From Tetramitus jugosus (taxonomy: Eukaryota; Protista; Heterolobosea): 64,000 bases of DNA. Made by a program: the position numbers and the translations under genes. Every line of letters starts with the position of its first letter. Positions within the stretch are counted from its first letter, which is position 1. The stretch is from contig OW569345.1 of assembly GCA_937625935.1 (NCBI GenBank), forward strand, positions 558,001 through 622,000, given 5' to 3'. Positions 57,418 to 64,000 of the stretch are shown here, one piece after another. The notes under the pieces are model-generated. The model was not told the origin of the DNA. It did not search any database and saw only the letters and a list, made by a program, of their open reading frames with translations.

Positions 57418-59334
57418 TTACATAGCAGCTTGATGGAGTGAGCCTTGGAGGTGTTCCACCATTTTGATTAATTCTTTTGCGACCTTTTTCTTCCTCTTGA
57501 AGGCATCGGGACGTGACTGTCCATCCATTTCTGTTCTCAGTAGATGGAGCATGTTCTTGGCCGCATTGATGTCTCTGTTGTGAGTCACTAAACATTTAGT
57601 GGTTGCACACTGTTTAACTCCTCGGACGACAGAGACATTCAACGTTCCTTTCTTGTCTATTCTCTTATGCTTGACTGGCTTCATGTGAGAATGGCAATGA
57701 TGACATTTCTGACTTGTCATGAACTCGTCGATCATTTTCACATTGAAGTGCTCATTCAACTTTTTCAATAGCTTTCCTTTTGGTGTTGGAGCATGTCCTT
57801 TGTAACAATGACCAAAACCAGCATTGCCCATCCCAATTAACATGCTTCTTCCATTTGCTCTCTTTCGAAAGTCATTCATAACATTGGCAATCGTCTTATC
57901 TCTCATAATATAGCTATCCCAATTCAGTCTCTTCACCTTTGGGGTGCAATAAAAATTCAACAAATCGTCCTCGACTTTCAATACAGAATTGATGTGTTCA
58001 AGGAACAGACCACTTGTTGTAACACCGGCCTGCTTGATTGAGTTTTGGAGTTCACCCAAGTTCTTCCCATTCATTTCGTTCCATTCTGCTTTGTATTTCA
58101 ACAATCGCTTGGAGTTCTTTGAATGATGGGATAGATGTCGGTATGTTTTGTTGGAGAACTCCCACTTTCTACTATCACTGTCGGTGCAAGACATCAAAGT
58201 GACGATACCAGGATCAACACCAATCAAGTATTCGGCACCTTCATTCAATTTTGCTTCTTTCTTTCTCTTCTTTGCTTCTTTCATGTCCTTGGTTTCCTTT
58301 GCTTTGTTATTCTTATGATTTCCAGTTAGCTCGTGTCTGACAACAACAGAGGCCTGGATACCATCCGTTCTGATTGAATCAATCTGAATTTTCTTTGTTC
58401 CAACATTCAAACACTTGAGATTGTAATTCAATTCAGTTGACTCATCGCCCTTCTTTTGTCTTCCTTGTTTCTTCTTCTGTTTAAGCATATCAACTAATTC
58501 CTTTGTGCCAATCTCCATACACCTGCACTTGAAATGAGACAAAGGAAGTAGTGTAAACGATTTCATATCATTGTTGATCAGAAATTGTTGAACATGCCAG
58601 TAAAACTTCAACATGTTATTGGTGTTGTTGTTCACAAATGTTTCATCAATTACTTCGTCAGTTTTAGCACCAACAAGTGTTCGAACCTCTCGGATCAACA
58701 CAGGAATCGTCTCTATCAACTCTTTTGGAGGCAATTTGATAAAATCATGGACTGGAGTGACGAATGTCAACCTTCTGATAATATACTCAACAACCCTTCT
58801 TTGTTCTGACTTTGGGATAGATGAGTCACTGTGTAGTTGATTCATTCTGACCCTCAAATACTTCCTCAGTCTTGGTTCCAATGTGAACTTGAGCATGTTG
58901 GAGATGTTGACATTGAGAGACCTGGCAACATAATTAATGGACGTGGCAAAACTCTGATAAATCTTTCTGAGTTTGACTACTACATCGTCCATGTTGACAG
59001 ACTCGTTGATGAGACTTAAGTTATTGTCTCTTGGTTTTGAATTGCGTCCAAACAACACAGAACCTAATCTTTGAAGAAACACTTGATCTAATAAAGGGAT
59101 TTGATAGTCAGACTCCAAGTGCCTCAAAACTAATATGTTTATAAATCTTGTGAGTCGAAGAGCAATCCTTGTAATCTCCAGAGCTTGAGTCTGTATGATT
59201 GGTAACAGAGTTGGATGATGCAACAACAGAGACTTCAGACCGACCTTGACCACGTAATGTGATGAGTATTCATTCTTTTTGACAGTCTCTCTCTTTCTCT
59301 TTCTCTTGCCGTCCTTAGGCACGCCTCGTGGCAT
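57418..59334 (-). CDS. Fanzor1 (eukaryotic TnpB-like RNA-guided endonuclease), 638 aa, intact
   Basis: RuvC-I IGVDPG, RuvC-II IDEFMTSQKC, Zn ribbon CHHC...CATTKC, RuvC-III NRDINAAKNM; N-terminal VVKVGL and NLS-like KRKRKR. Confidence 0.93.
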   Translation of the reverse strand: MPRGVPKDGKRKRKRETVKKNEYSSHYVVKVGLKSLLLHHPTLLPIIQTQALEITRIALRLTRFINILVLRHLESDYQIPLLDQVFLQRLGSVLFGRNSKPRDNNLSLINESVNMDDVVVKLRKIYQSFATSINYVARSLNVNISNMLKFTLEPRLRKYLRVRMNQLHSDSSIPKSEQRRVVEYIIRRLTFVTPVHDFIKLPPKELIETIPVLIREVRTLVGAKTDEVIDETFVNNNTNNMLKFYWHVQQFLINNDMKSFTLLPLSHFKCRCMEIGTKELVDMLKQKKKQGRQKKGDESTELNYNLKCLNVGTKKIQIDSIRTDGIQASVVVRHELTGNHKNNKAKETKDMKEAKKRKKEAKLNEGAEYLIGVDPGIVTLMSCTDSDSRKWEFSNKTYRHLSHHSKNSKRLLKYKAEWNEMNGKNLGELQNSIKQAGVTTSGLFLEHINSVLKVEDDLLNFYCTPKVKRLNWDSYIMRDKTIANVMNDFRKRANGRSMLIGMGNAGFGHCYKGHAPTPKGKLLKKLNEHFNVKMIDEFMTSQKCHHCHSHMKPVKHKRIDKKGTLNVSVVRGVKQCATTKCLVTHNRDINAAKNMLHLLRTEMDGQSRPDAFKRKKKVAKELIKMVEHLQGSLHQAAM

Positions 59335-59673
59335 AATGTTATTGTATTTGTTGTGTGTTGTATTTGTTGTGTGAGTTGAATCAAACAGCGAAAAAGACAG
59401 CGCTTTTTAAACCGAGGTAGATGGCCGTTGCCGTTGTAAAGACAGTCTCAACGGAAATTGTTACAACTGCACCAATTCCGCAGCTTAGAAGAAACTGATA
59501 CAACATTTATTGTATTTTTTTATAATATCTCCACCTATCGATCCAATCTTGAACCAACGAAAAACTTTCTCTCTGACACGACAACAACAACGAAAAACAC
59601 AAGTCGCACAACGAACATCAGCAACAACAACAACCAAATCAATCAAAAAAGATGGAGAGTCGACAAGAGGTGT

Positions 59674-60309
59674 CTATTTGCAGTGTGCATTGTAGATTCT
59701 CTGAGCAAGTTTCAAGTAGGAGAATACAAGCGGTACCAATGTGTATTGAATTCTCTTGACACCACTCTGACCAAAGTGCTTTCTGGCTGCGGCCAAAACT
59801 TTAAACAATTGATCAGAATCGCTATTGTCAAACAAATGAACCAATCTGGCAATCAAGTTCTGTTCTTCTTCGAAATCTTCGAGCAATGTTGCAGCTATTG
59901 GTGAGTCGTCAGAAGGTGAGAATGTTGTTTGGTCTTCCTCATCCTTCAACAGTGGACGAATCAAATCAAACAGTTTGTTCACTTGTTCAAATGTTGAAAT
60001 CTTGTGTCCATTGTCAAGTGCGCATCTCACAATGCTCAGTGCAATAAACCTTCTCTGTTCATATCCAAGAGAATGAATAATATCACCATACTTCTCCAAC
60101 TTCAAAACTGTTAGCACATTGTTGTATGACTCGAGTGGCACCAACAACAATCGCTTCAACATGTCTACAATTTCATCTGAAGCAAGTGCAGTGCTATTCA
60201 ATTGACTAGCAATGTTATTAATAATCTTGTTGACATAGTCAGTGTTATCAGGATATGTTTGAAGAGCAAGTGTCATCAATGAGATCTGAATACTCAAGTT
60301 ATCGGACAA
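59674..60309 (-). pseudogene. VPS35: Captured VPS35 internal fragment (open over 211 codons, lacks both termini)
   Basis: Resembles the central alpha-solenoid of Vps35: DFEEEQNLIARLVHLF, ARKHFGQSGVKRIQYTLVPLVF. Confidence 0.85.
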
Positions 60310-60445
60310 TTCAACACCTCTCTAATGGTATCAATAGTAGGACAGAATTTGACAAACTTCAGAAAACTCACACTCATCATCAGGTCACTCGCATTCACGA
60401 TGTCCTTCAGAGTGTTTGTTTTCTGTTTTTTGCAAGTTTTTTTGA

Positions 60446-60925
60446 AAACAAGGAAAAGGCGCCAAAAGAAGACATAACCAACACCAACAATTGGTAAAGT
60501 TTGGAGTCAAAAGAAAAGTAAGAATAACCGATATACATATTGATTTATTTGTGTATCTAGTTGGTTCGTTCCTTGGTGTAGAAGATGTGTTGAATTTGGT
60601 ATTGACGTGTCGGGATTTTCGATCTTCGATGGTCAATAATCTATCAACAATAAGGTCTTATATGGACAATTTGTACTCATACTGTTTGGCCGTTTGCAAG
60701 TCAGGCTTACCGTGCAAATTGCAAAGGAAACGTGGAACCCAGTACTGTCACATTCACCAAAACTACACCTCCAATGGACAGTTCTATCAAATTGATGATG
60801 TTCTGGATTGGAAGTATCAAAATGGTTCTTGGTATGGTTATGTGAAGTGGAAGGGATTCTACTTGGCATGTTCATGGGAACAATTTGAATTGGTACCTGG
60901 AGGGTGGAGAGTTGTTAATCAATAA
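60446..60925 (+). CDS. Cargo ORF: F-box-like, CCCH-type Zn finger and chromodomain (start ATG deleted in this copy)
   Basis: IHIDLFVYLVGSFLGVEDVLNLVLTCRDF; CLAVCKSGLPC...YCHIH; YQIDDVLDW...YVKWKGF...SWE. Confidence 0.7.
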   Translation, partial: KQGKGAKRRHNQHQQLVKFGVKRKVRITDIHIDLFVYLVGSFLGVEDVLNLVLTCRDFRSSMVNNLSTIRSYMDNLYSYCLAVCKSGLPCKLQRKRGTQYCHIHQNYTSNGQFYQIDDVLDWKYQNGSWYGYVKWKGFYLACSWEQFELVPGGWRVVNQ

Positions 60926-61252
60926 ACAGAATGATTTGTTAAAGGCGTATGTATTTTTTGTTTTGTGTATTACAATTTGTAAGAATGTTTTTGTAAAGTT
61001 AAACTATTGTCTCGTATATGTTTTTTTAATTGTAGTGTGAAGAATATACATGATGAGAAGACGAGGGAGGCAAAGATTCAGATGATCAAGTTGTATGGCT
61101 TTAGTGGGGAATTCCGGAGCGTTTGAATAGATTGCACGTGCAGCGGATATAAATCCTTCTTTTGCAGCTTCAAGATATGTCCTTAAAAAACACAAACACC
61201 AAGGGGAAGTTGAGAACAACAGCAACAACAACACCGAGGAAGAAACAAACTG

Positions 61253-64000
61253 ATGCGAGGTCTTCACGAAACAGAGGACATCACAGAGATATCCCCTTCT
61301 GAATCCATCAACAATGAAATGTGCACGGGCACATCACCTTCGCAGTCTCCTGTGACAATTTGTGACAACAACGACAAATCGAGCGAGACGGCTCAACAAA
61401 CACCTGAACAACAACAACCACAACAAGAACCTGTAATTCATCATCACCAACAACAACAACAAGAAACACCACCTTCACCTTTCCCAGCACCTTCTGCACT
61501 ACTCATGATTCCTTGGAGCATTGAAGAAACTGCTGTGGTCGTTACACCGGAAATATTTGCGCGCGCGGGACAATTACCGAAAGGACCACCGACGGAGATG
61601 GAGGAGCTCCGCCACACAACAAACAACAACACAGCCAAAATCGACATCTCCAACACCAACACCACAACAAGCATCAACACAGGCAAAATCGACACCGCGA
61701 CCAACATCAACATTCACCACACCAATAATAGCAATAATAATATTGTTCTTATTGATACTATTTATAGTAATAGCGGCAGTAGTGAACCACTCAACAGAGA
61801 GGAAGAAGAAGAAGAAAAACATTGTGTCATCATTTCTGACATTCAAATGTTTTCCCTTCCACCACTGCATCATGATGAAAAAACCCAGACTACTCCAATC
61901 ATAGAAACAATGACAAATAACACTACGAGTAGTACTGTGCCGTACATGATGAAAATGGAGGGTGAAGCTGATTGTTCAGATGATGATGAAGAAGAAGAGG
62001 CACAACAAGAACAGAATCACACTGTCGTCACTGCAACTACTACACCAACAACAACAATAGCAAGTGAGGAAAATGAGAATTTTTGTGACAAAAATGATGA
62101 AAAACAAACAACAACAACTGCAATGGCAGTCGTAGTAGTACCACTGGCAGACAATCATTCAGAAACAGAAACAACAATAGAAACAGAAGAAGAAGCAAAT
62201 GCTGTTCCATTGCTGTCTTTTTCAGTACCTGCAATAGTGTCATCACCATCTTCATCATCTCCACTACTGTTTTCAGAAGCAGAAAAAATTTTGAAAATTC
62301 AAGAAAATGTCATTGCCGAACTCAACTTGGAACAAATTCATGAAGATGATGATGATGATCATAGTGATGTCAGTAATGATAATGATAGTGACAGTGATGA
62401 AACCAGTACGAGTAGTCATAGTGATGCCAACAATACAACAGTCATTGAAAGAACAAGTCATGGGAATCAAAGTTTGAACAACAATGATGAGGAGTCAAAT
62501 AATAATGATGATGACGCTTCCACTGTATCTTCTCTTTTTGACAGTGACTCTGACAGTGACACCGATTTCGGCGAAAATATCGGAGAAAAAAAGCCAAATG
62601 CAGCAACAAATCAGAACAGGAATGAAAACAAGGATAACAAGACAACGACGTCGTTAGATGAGGAGCAATTTGTGCAAGTGGTCAATCACAAGAATCCACT
62701 CATTTCATCAGTGATCAAAATTCCAAAACTTCACTTGGGAGACATCATTGAAGAAACGATTCAAATTCTCAATAGCAAAGACACGATTGAAACCACCGTT
62801 TACACGGATGGTAGTAGCAGCAATCTGAGCAATTTGAGTAATAGAAGCAATCGAAGCAATGGTAGTCGTCGTAGCTCGATCGTCTTACAGAATAGCAGTA
62901 CGAGAGAAATGGCTTCACCATCGCCCTTTTCATTGCCTTCGTTGGAACGAATGTACAACAAGGAAATTTCGGCGTCGTCGACGTCATATCCTCATTACTA
63001 TCATTCGTCGACGGGCACGACAACGACAACTGCGACTGGAGCATTGAATTCCTTTCGCAGTGATCGTCCGTCTCTCACTCGAAAGATATTTACGATACCT
63101 GCATCGGTGATTGAGCCGTCATCTTCGTCATCGTCATTGTCGTTGTCATCGTCTTCATTGTTGAGTCATTCTGCTCATCATGACCACGCTGCTGTGACTC
63201 ATAACGATGATAGAGAAGCAGAAGAAGCAGCAGAAGAGGGATCATTGACACCTAGGCCATTATCATCATCCTTTTCTTCTCAGTTCAACAAGGGTTCATT
63301 CTCAATGTCATCATCGTCTTCATCCATGTCGCGGCACTCATCCTCATCGTCCATTTCATCACTATCATCCTCCATGTTTCTGCTGCACGATGATTTGAAC
63401 TCGTTTGATTTTTCGTTGAGTGACAAAACTCCAATGAACAGTGCAAGAACAGATACGAGTCGATGTAACTCTGCAAGGAACAGTGAATCGTTTGTGCATC
63501 CAACGAATTTGTTGAGTACGAGTGGTGGTGCAACGAGTTCGTTTTTGACCAGTGGTAGTTATCAGACACCATCTCTGTTGTCAAAGAAGAGGAGTCATGA
63601 GCGTATACAGAGCTTCCAGGCTCATCACCAATCAAAATCGTTGCCAAGCAGTAACAATACTTTGGCTACTGTTGGCAGTGCAATTATACAAGAGACAACT
63701 CCTGCCGCTACTAGTAAGGGTAAGGACTTGAGAAATGCGACGTACCAAGGAAACCACGATTCATTCACCGTGTCAGATTTGCGAATACGACCAAAAACAG
63801 TGAGTTATATGAACAATGATCCTTCTCTGCCTTCCATTGATTCACACAGTGCTCGCAAGAGTCTCTATTCTTCATACAAGATGAGCACCAATCATAATAA
63901 GCAGATGAGCGGTAATGTAGCTGTCAATGGTGATCATCAGCCATCACCCTCCATGTTCAGCATGAATTCTCCACAATTGTCATTGTCCAACAATAGTCGT
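61253..64000 (+). CDS. Long low-complexity (S/T/N/D/E-rich) protein, runs off the window edge
   Basis: Frame starting MRGLHETEDIT at 61253 appears open to the window end; no recognisable domain. Confidence 0.7.
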   Translation, partial: MRGLHETEDITEISPSESINNEMCTGTSPSQSPVTICDNNDKSSETAQQTPEQQQPQQEPVIHHHQQQQQETPPSPFPAPSALLMIPWSIEETAVVVTPEIFARAGQLPKGPPTEMEELRHTTNNNTAKIDISNTNTTTSINTGKIDTATNINIHHTNNSNNNIVLIDTIYSNSGSSEPLNREEEEEEKHCVIISDIQMFSLPPLHHDEKTQTTPIIETMTNNTTSSTVPYMMKMEGEADCSDDDEEEEAQQEQNHTVVTATTTPTTTIASEENENFCDKNDEKQTTTTAMAVVVVPLADNHSETETTIETEEEANAVPLLSFSVPAIVSSPSSSSPLLFSEAEKILKIQENVIAELNLEQIHEDDDDDHSDVSNDNDSDSDETSTSSHSDANNTTVIERTSHGNQSLNNNDEESNNNDDDASTVSSLFDSDSDSDTDFGENIGEKKPNAATNQNRNENKDNKTTTSLDEEQFVQVVNHKNPLISSVIKIPKLHLGDIIEETIQILNSKDTIETTVYTDGSSSNLSNLSNRSNRSNGSRRSSIVLQNSSTREMASPSPFSLPSLERMYNKEISASSTSYPHYYHSSTGTTTTTATGALNSFRSDRPSLTRKIFTIPASVIEPSSSSSSLSLSSSSLLSHSAHHDHAAVTHNDDREAEEAAEEGSLTPRPLSSSFSSQFNKGSFSMSSSSSSMSRHSSSSSISSLSSSMFLLHDDLNSFDFSLSDKTPMNSARTDTSRCNSARNSESFVHPTNLLSTSGGATSSFLTSGSYQTPSLLSKKRSHERIQSFQAHHQSKSLPSSNNTLATVGSAIIQETTPAATSKGKDLRNATYQGNHDSFTVSDLRIRPKTVSYMNNDPSLPSIDSHSARKSLYSSYKMSTNHNKQMSGNVAVNGDHQPSPSMFSMNSPQLSLSNNSR

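Larger units (their letters stand above)
57334..61173 (-). mobile_element. Fanzor1 element copy 2 (intact nuclease), flanked by a 13-bp direct repeat
   Basis: GATATGTCCTTAA at 57321-57333 and 61174-61186; inverted near-identity to copy 1. Confidence 0.88.

Overview
Gene-dense eukaryotic DNA with short GT-AG introns and Q/N/H-rich low-complexity tracts; a phagotrophic protist, possibly Discoba/heterolobosean (inference). About 30 host genes are recognisable, including GAR1, VPS4, an EH-domain protein, a Kv-type channel, polyubiquitin, RAD1, class III ADH, legumain, NOC4, FEX, HRD1, GH81, ORC1/CDC6 and an NHE. It also holds an initiator tRNA-Met and a C/D snoRNA matching the snR40/SNORD32 site. 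Main highlight: two inverted copies (about 34048-38112 and 57334-61173) of a transposase-less element encoding a Fanzor1 (TnpB-like RNA-guided nuclease). Each has a readable omegaRNA scaffold ending CACC-TTAA, a different downstream guide, and cargo (a VPS35 fragment and an F-box/Zn-finger/chromodomain ORF). Copy 2 Fanzor is intact and flanked by a 13-bp direct repeat; copy 1 Fanzor is knocked out by a 208-bp MITE. Second highlight: a 5'-truncated non-LTR retrotransposon with TSD, poly(A) and twin 3'UTR hairpins, inserted head-to-head just upstream of the tRNA gene, like Dictyostelium TRE5. All family calls are from motif recognition by eye; no database searches were run.
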